DNA of 56,474 nucleotides. Source: Solirubrobacteraceae bacterium (GTDB lineage Bacteria; Actinomycetota; Thermoleophilia; Solirubrobacterales; Solirubrobacteraceae). The position numbers and the translations under genes were made by a program. Shown piece by piece: positions 15,377-25,474 of the stretch. The stretch spans positions 1-56,474 of the forward strand of contig JANRFB010000090.1 of assembly GCA_030725785.1 (NCBI GenBank), in the 5' to 3' direction. Every line of letters begins with the position of its first letter. The first letter of the stretch is position 1. Under the pieces are notes generated by a model. The model saw nothing but the letters and a program-made list of their open reading frames with translations. It made no database searches and was not told the origin of the DNA.

Positions 15377-18003
15377 GATGGCGACCTGCGAGCCGGAAGT
15401 TGACGGTCGATCCAGTCAAAGCGACGCCGCAGAGCTCCCGGCTCCGCCAGCATCAGAACGGCCGGTAGGACGATCAACACGCCAACCAGCGCCACGCCGA
15501 GGTCGATCACGGTTACAAGGCCAAAGTCGCGCAGCATCCGAATCTCAGAGAGCACAAGCACCGCGAAGCCAGCTATCGCCGTTGTTCCCGAAGCGACGAC
15601 CGCCGCGCCAGTTGAAGAGTAGGTCGCTCGGAGCGCTTCGGCAGGGTCAAGCCCATCGTCACGTTCGCGTCGATAACGCTCGCTCAGCAGCACGCTGAAC
15701 TCGGTTGCGATCGCGACCACGAGCGTGCCGAGGACAACGGAGAGTGGGTTGAGCGGGATCCGTGTCGCAAACAGAATCAGCGCCGACCAGCCGGTCGCCA
15801 GCGCAATCGGCACTAGCGGGATCAGCGCGCGGCGCCAGCTGCGGAAGGCCAGCAGCAACACTAGGCCAACTGCAAAGAGGCTCGCCAGCAATGAAAGGCC
15901 GCGCCGCGCCGGCGAGGCCAATCGATCATTTGCGGCGGCCGTGAGGACAGGCAGTCCCGCGAGCCGCGCGCGAACCCCCGGTGGCGGGTTCAGTTCGCTC
16001 TCCATCAGGCGCAAGACCGCGAACTGGCGCTCGAGACTCATCAGCCTGAGGCCAAAGGCCAGCGTCGCAGTCCGACGGTCGGGGGCGATCACGTTCTGCG
16101 TCAGATATGGAGGAACCGCGCCCAGCAGCGCGTCGACGCGCTGCTGGGAGGAGACCGAATCGGGTGTCGTAAAGAGGTCGGGAAGCGAGAACGCCGGGCA
16201 AAGATCGGAGCCGCGACAGCCGCGTTGGGGGTCGTAGTTGAGCCGCTTGAGAACTCTCGACTGGTAATCGGTCATCCACGCGACGACTTCCGGCGAGGAC
16301 GCGTTCTGCGCCTCGACGACAACGTTGACCTCTCCCCCTACCCCACTGACCTTCTGGAGCTGCTGCAGGTCGCGCAGCGCCGGCAAAGACGAGGGAACGA
16401 GCTTCTGAACGTCAGACTCGACTTGGGCCTGCGTGTCAACGCCCCAGCCGATAAGTGCAAAGGCGCCAGCCACCGCCAAAACCCGCCCCGGCTTCGCCGT
16501 CGTGACTCGCAGCACAGCGGCGGTCGATCTGCGCCCGCGTGAAGCGATCGCGCGCCAAGCAGCGGTCGCCATAATCAGATCGCCGGCATCGCTCCAAGCT
16601 GCGCCAAAGACAGCGACTGCGCGCGGCGGCGGCGAGCTGCGCCGCTCAAGCAGCGCCCCTGCTGCGACTCCAAGCGTCAAAGCACAGATCAACGCCAGCG
16701 CAATACCGACCACCAGCAGCAGGCCGAAGCCACGAATCATCGGAACCGGCGAAAGCACGAGCACGAGGAAGCCGGCAGCGGTAGCCGCTGCGGCAGCGAG
16801 AATTGTCGGTGCACCGCGCGCCGAGACGGCAGAGATTGCGCTGCCAAGCGGCGGCCCATGCTCATCGAAACGCGACTGCAGCTGAATTGCATAATCAACT
16901 GCCAAGCCGATCAAGATTGGAACGATCGCGATAGAGGCCATCGTCAGACCAATCCCGCTCAGCGCCATCACGCCAAAGGTCAGAGCAACAGACACCAACG
17001 CGATTGCCAACGGCAGAAGTCTCAGCCGTGAGCGGAAGACGACTCCTAGCACCAACGCCATCACGACCACGGCCGCGATCAGCAGGATCAAGATTGATTT
17101 CGAGATCGAATCGCTCAGCTCACCAATCAACACCGGCGCCCCGGTTACCTGATAACTCCCGTCCGATAGCGCCCACTCTGGCATCGCGGTCGCGGCGCGG
17201 ATGTTGGCGATTGCCTCCTTGCGCTCGTCTTCGCTCAGGTCGCTGCGCAGGCGCACTTGAATCAGCGCGCCCTGCGAGCTTGGGAAGATCGTCGCGAAGC
17301 GAGCTTTCGGTGTTCCCGCTGGCCGCGTGCTGTCAAAGATCAAGCGCGAGAGGAACTGCGGGTCGTTGAGTGCCGGCACCTTTGTAAGGCCGTAGCGCAC
17401 TGCCAGTCCGGCGAGCTGCTGGAAATAGGCGGCGTCGACGTTCTGGCGGGCCTTCGCGCGCGCGGCCTCAGCCGCCTCGGGGTCGCCGCTCTTGGCTAGC
17501 TCGGCGCGATAGGCCTTGCGCCCAGCGCTTGCGCTCTCGCTCTTCTGTGCGGCGGCCAAGCTGGTCAGCTGCTCGTTAATCTGCCCGACCGCTTCGTTGA
17601 TGAATGTGCCTGGGCCGAAAACTACCTTCGCCGGTTTCGTCGCCGCCAGTCGCCCGCATGGCCCTCGCTTGCCGCCGGGCGGATCACTGCGCTTACTCGG
17701 GTTGCCAGCGAGGCAGCCCTCGAGGCCGAAAACGCGGCCGAGATCCTCGCCAAGCGCAATCCGGACCGCGGGCTCGCGCACAACCACATAGACGGCGTCA
17801 TCGCCGAAACGCTGATGCAGCAGGTCGGTGGCCGCGTAGCCCGGCGTTGAGCGGCCGACAAGAGTTTCCGTCTCGGCGCTGGGCTCCAACCTCAGCGCAA
17901 AGAAGGCGCCAACTGTAGCCAGCGCCAAGACGGCCAGCGAAACCGCGACCGGCCGCCGCGCAGCGAAGCCCATAACTGCCGCTAGCAGGCGAGTGACCAT
18001 CAA
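15373..18003 (-). CDS. MMPL-family RND transporter
   Basis: 876 aa with two 6-TM bundles, each preceded by a large extracytoplasmic loop. The TM4-like motif is GLAVDYAIQL. The equivalent second-half position reads AIATEFSVLL (E-F instead of D-Y, aligned by eye). Confidence 0.9.
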   Translation of the reverse strand: MMVTRLLAAVMGFAARRPVAVSLAVLALATVGAFFALRLEPSAETETLVGRSTPGYAATDLLHQRFGDDAVYVVVREPAVRIALGEDLGRVFGLEGCLAGNPSKRSDPPGGKRGPCGRLAATKPAKVVFGPGTFINEAVGQINEQLTSLAAAQKSESASAGRKAYRAELAKSGDPEAAEAARAKARQNVDAAYFQQLAGLAVRYGLTKVPALNDPQFLSRLIFDSTRPAGTPKARFATIFPSSQGALIQVRLRSDLSEDERKEAIANIRAATAMPEWALSDGSYQVTGAPVLIGELSDSISKSILILLIAAVVVMALVLGVVFRSRLRLLPLAIALVSVALTFGVMALSGIGLTMASIAIVPILIGLAVDYAIQLQSRFDEHGPPLGSAISAVSARGAPTILAAAAATAAGFLVLVLSPVPMIRGFGLLLVVGIALALICALTLGVAAGALLERRSSPPPRAVAVFGAAWSDAGDLIMATAAWRAIASRGRRSTAAVLRVTTAKPGRVLAVAGAFALIGWGVDTQAQVESDVQKLVPSSLPALRDLQQLQKVSGVGGEVNVVVEAQNASSPEVVAWMTDYQSRVLKRLNYDPQRGCRGSDLCPAFSLPDLFTTPDSVSSQQRVDALLGAVPPYLTQNVIAPDRRTATLAFGLRLMSLERQFAVLRLMESELNPPPGVRARLAGLPVLTAAANDRLASPARRGLSLLASLFAVGLVLLLAFRSWRRALIPLVPIALATGWSALILFATRIPLNPLSVVLGTLVVAIATEFSVLLSERYRRERDDGLDPAEALRATYSSTGAAVVASGTTAIAGFAVLVLSEIRMLRDFGLVTVIDLGVALVGVLIVLPAVLMLAEPGALRRRFDWIDRQLPARRSPS

Positions 18004-18052
18004 GCCAAATTACCGCCGCGCGCCAATTCCCGCGCCGACCGGCCGATGTGAA

Positions 18053-19576
18053 TCAGGGGACGAGCTTCGGTGTTACGACGCCAGCATTGACCTGCGGGAA
18101 GTAGAAGCCGCTGCCGAAAACCGGGCCTTGCAGCGTGCAGGCAGGAGCGACGACGTTGGCAGGATCGCCAATTCCGTCTGGATTGTTGTTGTTGAAGGCG
18201 TAGCCCTTGACGCGCGCAGCGTAGTCGGAACCGAGCGCCGCCTCGGCGCTGGCCGAGAGCCCGGCCGTGATACCGCTGGCGCAAGGCGTTGTCTGGAATA
18301 CCGGCATGTTGGCGCTGGCCAGCCTGTCGAACGCGCGCGGCAGCGGGTAGGGGTTTGACCTGCTCGACTTGACGCGCTCCGGGTAGGAAGCCAGCGAGCG
18401 CGGGTTGAGCGTGTTGGTGACGCGCAGGTACCTGACCGCCTTGCCATTGAGGTCGGTGCGCGCGTTGGTTGCAGCGGCTGTGTTGGCGATGAACGCCGTC
18501 AGCTCGCTCGGGTACTGACCGACGTACTGGAAGAGCGGGTTGAGGTTCGCCGCAAGCGGATCGATCGCCTGCAGCAGAGGCGGCGTTTCGGCGAGGAAGA
18601 CGTCGGTTGCCGGCAGCCCCTTCTTTGCGGCGCTGATCGCTGGACCGAGGCCGATGAACAGATCGTTCAGCGCCGGCGCAGTCGCTTCAAGCGCAGCGGC
18701 CGTCGGCGCGAGTTGTTTGGCAACCGGCTGGAGCTGGGTGATCAACGGGTTCGTGGTGTCGGCAAAGACGACAAGCCGATCCAGCGTCTCACGTGATTCG
18801 CGCTGGAACGTCGGGAGCGCAACGAACGTATCGGCGAGCTGCTGATTTGCCGCGGCAGTAGTCGAGAAGACGCGGTTCGAGTTGACGATCAGGCTTGCGA
18901 GCTGGTTTCCACGGGCACTCAAGGCCGAGAACACGACTCCGGTATCACGAACTAGGCCGCTAAGAGCAAGCTGATTGCGGTTTAGAACCTTGGCCAAACT
19001 TGCAGCCTGCTCCTCGAGCGGGGCTAGCTGGGCGAATGCGTCGTTGAGATCGCGCCCCTGGCCAGTGCCGGTGATCGCAAGCTGCTGCTGCCATGTACCG
19101 AACGCCTCGCGCGTCTTTGGATCGAAGGCGCGGAAGATTTCGTCGAGCTCGACAGACGGCTTGATGTTGCCGCGCGGCAGCGTTCCGTTGTCGGCCACAA
19201 ACGGGCCATCGGGGCTCCCGGGCGTCAGTTCGAGATAGGTCTCTCCGAGCAGCGACTTGGCGCGCAGCATCGCGCGCGAGTCGCTTGCCACCGGCGAGTA
19301 CTGCGGCAGCATCTCAACCGTCACGTTCGAGTTGCCACTCGCCGGGTCAGTGACGATCGTCTTGACGGTGCCGACGCGCACTCCTGAGATTCGGACGTCG
19401 GCCTGCTGCGCGAGTTGGCCGGCCTCCTTGAATGGAACCGTGATCTGGTAGCCGTCCGGCCTCAGTGGCGTCGGGCCTCCGAAGGCAACCCAGAGGAACA
19501 CGAGCAGCCCAAAGCAGGAGAGCGCGAACAGGACCATCGTCATGATTCGAGCGAAACTCGGCGCCTGTTTATTCAT
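18053..19576 (-). CDS. MCE/MlaD-domain protein (6th of six)
   Basis: N-terminal TM segment plus the MlaD core VRISGVRVGTVKTI. The ATGA overlap with the previous gene is at 19573-19576. Confidence 0.9.
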   Translation of the reverse strand: MNKQAPSFARIMTMVLFALSCFGLLVFLWVAFGGPTPLRPDGYQITVPFKEAGQLAQQADVRISGVRVGTVKTIVTDPASGNSNVTVEMLPQYSPVASDSRAMLRAKSLLGETYLELTPGSPDGPFVADNGTLPRGNIKPSVELDEIFRAFDPKTREAFGTWQQQLAITGTGQGRDLNDAFAQLAPLEEQAASLAKVLNRNQLALSGLVRDTGVVFSALSARGNQLASLIVNSNRVFSTTAAANQQLADTFVALPTFQRESRETLDRLVVFADTTNPLITQLQPVAKQLAPTAAALEATAPALNDLFIGLGPAISAAKKGLPATDVFLAETPPLLQAIDPLAANLNPLFQYVGQYPSELTAFIANTAAATNARTDLNGKAVRYLRVTNTLNPRSLASYPERVKSSRSNPYPLPRAFDRLASANMPVFQTTPCASGITAGLSASAEAALGSDYAARVKGYAFNNNNPDGIGDPANVVAPACTLQGPVFGSGFYFPQVNAGVVTPKLVP

Positions 19577-21060
19577 CGACGGTCACCGTCCTGGGCTTCT
19601 GAGGCGGCGGCCGGTGACTGCTGCGGTTGGGCCTGCTCGGCGGGATCACTGACCGGGCCGACCGGTGCGCCGGGAGTGTTCTCGCGCTGCTGCTTGAGCG
19701 CGCGGCGCGCAAGCTGCTTGCCACTGGCAACCTGGGCAGCGGCAGCTGGCGTGGCGCAAACCTCGGCTACCTTCGGCGCGTTTAGCAGCTCAATCAGAGT
19801 TCCAAGCTCAGGGTTGCCCTTGCCGAGATCTTCATAAATGGTTAGCGCGTCGCAGGAGCTAAAGAGCGTGCCGCGGCGGATCGGGCCACCGGAGTCCTGC
19901 GCGCTCAACATGTTGGCAGAGAGGTGGTTGCCCCACGCGAGCCAGTAGAGATAGCCCTCTTGCGCCCCAGGAGGGTTGTAGGCCAGCTCGTTGGTCAACG
20001 TGTTGAGAACCGAGAAGGTTGTGTCTAGCTGAGGCGCGGTCGCGGCGAGGTCGGCGGCGGCAGGCTTCAGCGCTGCGACGGTCGGGCCCGCCTCGGCCGT
20101 GAACGGGCGCAGCTGGTCTTCAAGCACCGGCGTGGTCGCTTTGGCAAAGGACTGCAGTGACTCCAGCGACGCAGCAGTACCGACCGCGGTTGGCTGCAAC
20201 TTCTGGAGCGCCGGCCCCATCTGATTGGTCAGCGCGTTGCTGTCAATGACCGCGTTGTTGGTTGCGTCAAGCGCTCCAGGCAGGAGCGAAAGCGTTTCAC
20301 GCAGATTGCTCTGCTGGTCGGCGAAGACGGTGAAGACGTCGTTTGACGAGCGCACCCAGCGGGCTAGCTGTGTGTCGCGTGCACCGAGCTCTTCAGTCAG
20401 GAGGCGGAAGTTATGGATGCCCTGCTTGATGTAGGCCTGACGACGCCCCATCTCCTTACCGATCTGAGCCAGATAGACGGTGATTGGGTCGAAGCGTTTT
20501 AGCGTTGCTGAGAGCTCAGTCGAATTACCGTTCAGGCCTTCGCCACCGCCGTTGACGAGAAGTTGCAGGTAGGCGCGGGTGTCAGCGTCAAGACCGGCAA
20601 GGATTTGATCGGGGTTGACGTTTGGCAGTGTCCTCGAGATCGGCAGCGTGCCGCCGCGAGCAATCTCACCAGAGCTCGCCGAGCCAGGGTTCAGCTCGAT
20701 CACCATGTCGTTTAGCCCGGTCTTGGGCCGCAGCAGGGCAGTCGCGTCCTTGTAGATGTTGGCGTACTTCTCGCGGATCTTCATATCAACCATTGCGGTG
20801 CCGTTCTTGAGCGTCACGCCACCGATCTCACCGACCGTCACTCCGGCAACGATCACCGTCTGCCCCTGCCCCGGAGTGACCGCCTGCGCCGTCGAGAACT
20901 GGGCGTAGTAGTCGACAAAGTCGCTGCCGATGATTGGAACCCAAGCCGGCAGGTAGAAACGCTGGTTGGAGAGGATGTAGCCGCCAATCAGCACCGCAAG
21001 CAGCGCAACTACGCCAATCGCGATGAAGTCGCGAGCGTGTTTTATGATTTCGCGTCTCAT
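19573..21060 (-). CDS. MCE/MlaD-domain protein (5th of six)
   Basis: MlaD core VIVAGVTVGEIGGV and a Pro/Gln-rich tail. I prefer the ATG at 21060 (MRREIIKH...), 4 nt after the upstream stop, over 21096. Confidence 0.9.
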   Translation of the reverse strand: MRREIIKHARDFIAIGVVALLAVLIGGYILSNQRFYLPAWVPIIGSDFVDYYAQFSTAQAVTPGQGQTVIVAGVTVGEIGGVTLKNGTAMVDMKIREKYANIYKDATALLRPKTGLNDMVIELNPGSASSGEIARGGTLPISRTLPNVNPDQILAGLDADTRAYLQLLVNGGGEGLNGNSTELSATLKRFDPITVYLAQIGKEMGRRQAYIKQGIHNFRLLTEELGARDTQLARWVRSSNDVFTVFADQQSNLRETLSLLPGALDATNNAVIDSNALTNQMGPALQKLQPTAVGTAASLESLQSFAKATTPVLEDQLRPFTAEAGPTVAALKPAAADLAATAPQLDTTFSVLNTLTNELAYNPPGAQEGYLYWLAWGNHLSANMLSAQDSGGPIRRGTLFSSCDALTIYEDLGKGNPELGTLIELLNAPKVAEVCATPAAAAQVASGKQLARRALKQQRENTPGAPVGPVSDPAEQAQPQQSPAAASEAQDGDRR

Positions 21061-21064
21061 GAGC

Positions 21065-22555
21065 TCAGTCCGCCGGCCCTGTCGGTGTGCCCGCAATATC
21101 CGGCAGCGTCTGCTTCGAACAAAGATCGTTCGGCTTGAACGGGATCTTCTGGCCGCTGGTCCAGGCCGGCTTGGTTCCTTGCGGCGCTCCGATGCTGTTC
21201 CCGTATAGGGCCTCGGCGCCGTTGATGTTTCCTCCGGTGATAGTCACAGGGTTCGGACCGCCGCCGGCTTGCAGTTCGATCAGCTGCCCGTTCCCGTCGA
21301 ACGCTTGCGACTCGCCGTTGAAGCCAACGAGCGCGCTCCAGAACTCCTGCGAGTTTGGCATGCCGGTCGTGAAAGCTCCGTCGGGAACGACGATGTCACC
21401 GGTCGGGATCAATACCTTGCTGACGCACTGCGAGAAGTTCAGCGTCTGGTTAAGCGTCGGGATCGTGGCGGCGCTCAGCTCGGCAAGACTCTCAGTCGAA
21501 GGCTGCAGGTTGGCGGCCACGCCGCCCATCTCAGCCGTCGATACAAACGGCGTTGCCTGTGCGATCCACGGTGTGACAGCGTCGATTGTCGCCTGCGTCT
21601 GCTCTACGCCAGGCACAAAGTCAACCGAGAACTGGGCGAGGCTCGGGAGCGCCTTATTGAGCGAGCCAAGGCTCGCATAGGCATTCTTGACGGTCGGGCC
21701 AAGCAGCTTGATCGACTCGCGAACCGCGTCCTGCTCTGATGCGATTGCCTCCATCGTCGTGTTGAAGTTAACTACGAGATCACCGAGCTGAGCTTCGCTG
21801 CCAACAAGCTTTGTCGAGGTGGCCGCGAGCCCACGAATCAGGCCTGGTAGATCGTCGGGTTCAACTCCCTGAAGAGCCTGATTTACGATCGCGCTGTTTT
21901 TCAGAGCTGCTTCGGAGTACTTGAGCGAATTATTCAGCGCTTCGGCCGCTGTCTTCCCCTGCGTAAGCGGCGGCTGCTCTGCGTTTTCGGCCGCCGTTGG
22001 CTCAGCGGTTAAACCGGCGCCAAGTTCGATCAGCAGTACCTGGAGGTTCTTACGGGTACTTTGTTGGAGCGACGTCAGAACTTCATCAAGTTGAACCGGA
22101 ATCGCAGTCTGGCCGGCCGGGATCGTGTCGCCCTCTGCGATCGTCGGTGCCTGCGGTGTCCCTGGCTTGAGGTCGACGAAGAAGTTGCCTTCGAGGAAGA
22201 TTCGCGGCCTGATCTTCAGCTCCGCGTCCTTGTGGATCGGCAGCCCTTGACTCTGCATCTCCATCGTCACGATCGCATTGTTGGTTCCTTCCTGACCCTC
22301 GACCTTGACGACCTTGCCGACGTTGACGCCGGCGATCCTGACGGGAGAGCTAATCCGGATTGAGTTAGCCGAGCTAAAGACGGCCTGGAATTGGAAAGGC
22401 TGACTGAACGGGTTGTTCTTCGCGAAGCCGAAGTAGACGATAAGCCCGATCACGACAATCGCGATCAGCGCGACGACGATCGGGTTTCTACCGGTGCGAT
22501 CCTTGCGCAGCACTGTTGGCCGGTCGCTCTTGGGTTTACGACTGAACGAGGCCAT
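21065..22555 (-). CDS. MCE/MlaD-domain protein (4th of six)
   Basis: N-terminal TM segment plus VRIAGVNVGKVVKV. A TAATG junction sits at 22555. Confidence 0.9.
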   Translation of the reverse strand: MASFSRKPKSDRPTVLRKDRTGRNPIVVALIAIVVIGLIVYFGFAKNNPFSQPFQFQAVFSSANSIRISSPVRIAGVNVGKVVKVEGQEGTNNAIVTMEMQSQGLPIHKDAELKIRPRIFLEGNFFVDLKPGTPQAPTIAEGDTIPAGQTAIPVQLDEVLTSLQQSTRKNLQVLLIELGAGLTAEPTAAENAEQPPLTQGKTAAEALNNSLKYSEAALKNSAIVNQALQGVEPDDLPGLIRGLAATSTKLVGSEAQLGDLVVNFNTTMEAIASEQDAVRESIKLLGPTVKNAYASLGSLNKALPSLAQFSVDFVPGVEQTQATIDAVTPWIAQATPFVSTAEMGGVAANLQPSTESLAELSAATIPTLNQTLNFSQCVSKVLIPTGDIVVPDGAFTTGMPNSQEFWSALVGFNGESQAFDGNGQLIELQAGGGPNPVTITGGNINGAEALYGNSIGAPQGTKPAWTSGQKIPFKPNDLCSKQTLPDIAGTPTGPAD

Positions 22556-24033
22556 TACTTGCCGCCCCCAGTCGATTCAAACGCTCCTGCAGATCCCTGA
22601 TTCCCAGGCGGGTTACCGATTACAACCTTCTCAACTTCGTAGTTCTCGCGGCCCGCTTCACATTCCCCTGCCGGCTGCCCTGGAGCGGCCGTATTCGGGT
22701 ACGGATTGCTGTGGAGGTAGTTGGTGATGTCGGAGCCAGGGGGGCCTCCGTTTGCCGGCGCGCTCGAGGGAAGCCCCTCGTTGTTGGGCGAGATCGGCGC
22801 TGATGTCGAAGGGCTCGCCGGGTCGAACAAGCCGCCCGGCGTTGCCATCACCATCACGCGCTGAGCTTGCCCTGTACTTCCGCCCTCACTGCCGATCTCG
22901 GCAACGTTGCGAAGCAAAATAGCCAAGTAATTGCAGGTAGTTTGTGCCGGCGTGGCGAACGCCAAAGTCGGCCGCAAGATCGACACTGTCTCGGTGAGGT
23001 CGACAACTCCGAGCGTCGTGCTTGGGTTCGTTGAGAAGCCGGCGACAGCGGTGAAGGTTGTCGCGAGCTGCGCGTTGAAGGCAGGCGAACTCTTGAATAC
23101 TGGCGTGCCGACCGTGACGATGCTGGCCAGATCCGGGGATGCGCCGGTGAGCGACTTGATCCCGGGCTGCAGCGCGAGCCACAGCGTCGCGCTGTTGACC
23201 AGGAATGGTCGCAACCGCGGCAGATTGACGGTTGCGTTCTGGAGCGTCGCAGGGCCCTCAGTGATCGACTCTTGGATGTACGGCCGAGCGACCGAGGCGA
23301 GCGCTTGGAAGGTTGTGTCAAGGTTGACAAAGAGCTGTGCCTGGGTTTCGGCGACCGGGGCAACGACGCTGGAGCTCCGCGAAAGGCCACTGATGAAGCC
23401 GGAGAGATCGGTCCGCGGACTCGAGAGGTTCCGCATCAGCGGCGTGATCTCCTCGGCAAAAGGCTTCAGCTCCTGGATCGCCAAGTTGAGGTCGACTCCA
23501 CGGCCTGAGATTGCGTTGCCAAACCAAGCCAAGTTGGCCTGCGAAGCCCGCCGAGTCGGCTCATCGAACATGTCGAAGAACTCGTCGATCTCAACCGGCT
23601 CAGGGCGCGCCTGCTTGATTGCCAAAGTGCCTCCGTTGGCGAGGCCCTGCTCAGACGGCCCGCGCGTCAACTGGACGTACTTGAGCCCCAGCGCCGAACG
23701 GGGACGAATCATCACCGTTGTGTCATCAGGAACCGGTTCGACGACGCTGTTCAGCTTCAACGTTAAGACCGCGACAACGGCGCCGTCAGGCTGAGTCTGT
23801 GGCTCGATCTTCGTGATCACACCGACGCGCGTTCCACCAACGCGCACCTCGTTGCCTTTGACCAGCCCGGCAGCGTTTGGCACCTCAACCTTGATGTCGT
23901 AAGAGGGCACGAACGGGAGTCCGTTGTTGGCGTTATAGGCGAGGAAGACGAGAACGACGAGGACAAGCGTCGTCACCGCGCCAATCAGCACCGGGTTCGC
24001 AGCAATTGAGGATTTTTTGCGACCTGGACTCAT
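22555..24033 (-). CDS. MCE/MlaD-domain protein (3rd of six)
   Basis: N-terminal TM segment plus VRVGGTRVGVITKI. An ATGA overlap sits at 24030-24033. Confidence 0.9.
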   Translation of the reverse strand: MSPGRKKSSIAANPVLIGAVTTLVLVVLVFLAYNANNGLPFVPSYDIKVEVPNAAGLVKGNEVRVGGTRVGVITKIEPQTQPDGAVVAVLTLKLNSVVEPVPDDTTVMIRPRSALGLKYVQLTRGPSEQGLANGGTLAIKQARPEPVEIDEFFDMFDEPTRRASQANLAWFGNAISGRGVDLNLAIQELKPFAEEITPLMRNLSSPRTDLSGFISGLSRSSSVVAPVAETQAQLFVNLDTTFQALASVARPYIQESITEGPATLQNATVNLPRLRPFLVNSATLWLALQPGIKSLTGASPDLASIVTVGTPVFKSSPAFNAQLATTFTAVAGFSTNPSTTLGVVDLTETVSILRPTLAFATPAQTTCNYLAILLRNVAEIGSEGGSTGQAQRVMVMATPGGLFDPASPSTSAPISPNNEGLPSSAPANGGPPGSDITNYLHSNPYPNTAAPGQPAGECEAGRENYEVEKVVIGNPPGNQGSAGAFESTGGGK

Positions 24034-25472
24034 TTTCCAAGGAGGTAGTCGAGGAGGGCGCGGGCCGACTGCGGATCTGCGGGCTGCTTCGTTGGCTTGC
24101 GCGGCTCAGCTGCGCCGCTAGAGGGGCTTGTCGTGGCTGGCGCCGGCGCCGGGGCCGCGGGCTTGGGCGCTACCGATGCAGCGGGGCGGGAAACCTTGCC
24201 AGCCGGGCGCTGCGACGCGGCCGAGGCGCTGCCGCTCCCAGAGCCGAGGACGAAGTTGGCGTTGCAGTTGATGTCGTTCTTAATCCTGAACGACTGACAA
24301 CTTGTCGTCGCAAGCCGCGCGCGAACGTAGTGGCCGTATTCGTCGAAACCGTTCATCGAGCCAGCGGTGTTGTAAATCACCGTCATCAACTGCTCGATTC
24401 CACCGTTCTTCTTGAGCGAATTGAGTAGTGCAGCAAGGTCGGTGATGGCGGGCTTGGCATTTGCTCCAAGCGGGCCGAGCTTCTGAACGAGCGGTAGCGA
24501 GCTAACCAGCGCAGGCCCGCCGACATCGGTCGTGTCACCGAGCGATTCCAGCGCCGGAATTCCAGCCTCGTTAAAGCCTGGAGCACCAAGCGTGAAGGTG
24601 TTGATTGAATCGGCGGCGCGGTTGAGATCCGTGAACACCGGTGTGGCGTTGCGCGAGAAGCTCGCCAGATCGTTCATCGTCGGCTTCAGCTGCTCAAGGA
24701 AGCCCGGGAACTTCTGCAGGTTTTCAGTAAACGATGCGCTCTCTTCAGCGGTCGCTTCGGCCGTGTAGCCGGAGGAGTTAATGAACCCTGCGACCCGGGT
24801 GCGCTCGCTTGCCAGCGACGTCACTACCTTGCTGCCATTCTCAGCCAGAGCGCCAAGCTCCTTGTTCTGGCGAGCGAGGATGCCGAGCACGTCGCCGAGC
24901 TCCTTGAGCGCCGGGTCGGTCACCTTCAAAGCAGCGTTGAGTTCCTCGCCGTTACCCGCTAGCGCCGTTCCAAACTCGTTCAGAATGATTGTGAACCGCT
25001 GGCGGAAAGGCAGTCGCATGACGTTGTTGATCAGATCGAGGTCGACCGACGTCGCGGTGCGGCTGGAGGGAAGCAGATACTCACCTTGGCCGGCCCCGGA
25101 TGAGATTGGCTGCAGCAGCGCAGGTTGCGTCACCCCGGCAGGCAGCGGTTCCTCGGGGCGGCAGTCGACATAGCGTTCGCCGATCAGCGACTGCGGGCGG
25201 ATTCGGCAGAAGGCGTTCTCACGAAAATCGTGGTAATTCGGGTTCTCGATGTTCAGCACGACAGCCGCTTTGTTGTCGTCGGTGAGATCAAGCGACTCGA
25301 TCGCACCGACGCGGACACCAGCAATTTTGACGTCCATTCCAGGGATCACGAAGGCCGCGTTGTTGAAGATCGCGCGCACTCGGTAGGACCCGTCGTCACC
25401 GGAACCGGTCGCGACGACGATCAGCGCAAGAGCCACGCAGCAAGCGGCAAAGATTGCGATTAGCCGCTTCAC
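24030..25472 (-). CDS. MCE/MlaD-domain protein (2nd of six), Pro/Ala-rich tail
   Basis: GTG start, signal/anchor MKRLIAIFAACCVALALIVV, MlaD core VKIAGVRVGAIESL and a C-terminal tail KPAAPAPAPATTSP. Confidence 0.9.
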   Translation of the reverse strand: MKRLIAIFAACCVALALIVVATGSGDDGSYRVRAIFNNAAFVIPGMDVKIAGVRVGAIESLDLTDDNKAAVVLNIENPNYHDFRENAFCRIRPQSLIGERYVDCRPEEPLPAGVTQPALLQPISSGAGQGEYLLPSSRTATSVDLDLINNVMRLPFRQRFTIILNEFGTALAGNGEELNAALKVTDPALKELGDVLGILARQNKELGALAENGSKVVTSLASERTRVAGFINSSGYTAEATAEESASFTENLQKFPGFLEQLKPTMNDLASFSRNATPVFTDLNRAADSINTFTLGAPGFNEAGIPALESLGDTTDVGGPALVSSLPLVQKLGPLGANAKPAITDLAALLNSLKKNGGIEQLMTVIYNTAGSMNGFDEYGHYVRARLATTSCQSFRIKNDINCNANFVLGSGSGSASAASQRPAGKVSRPAASVAPKPAAPAPAPATTSPSSGAAEPRKPTKQPADPQSARALLDYLLGK

Positions 25473-25474
25473 CG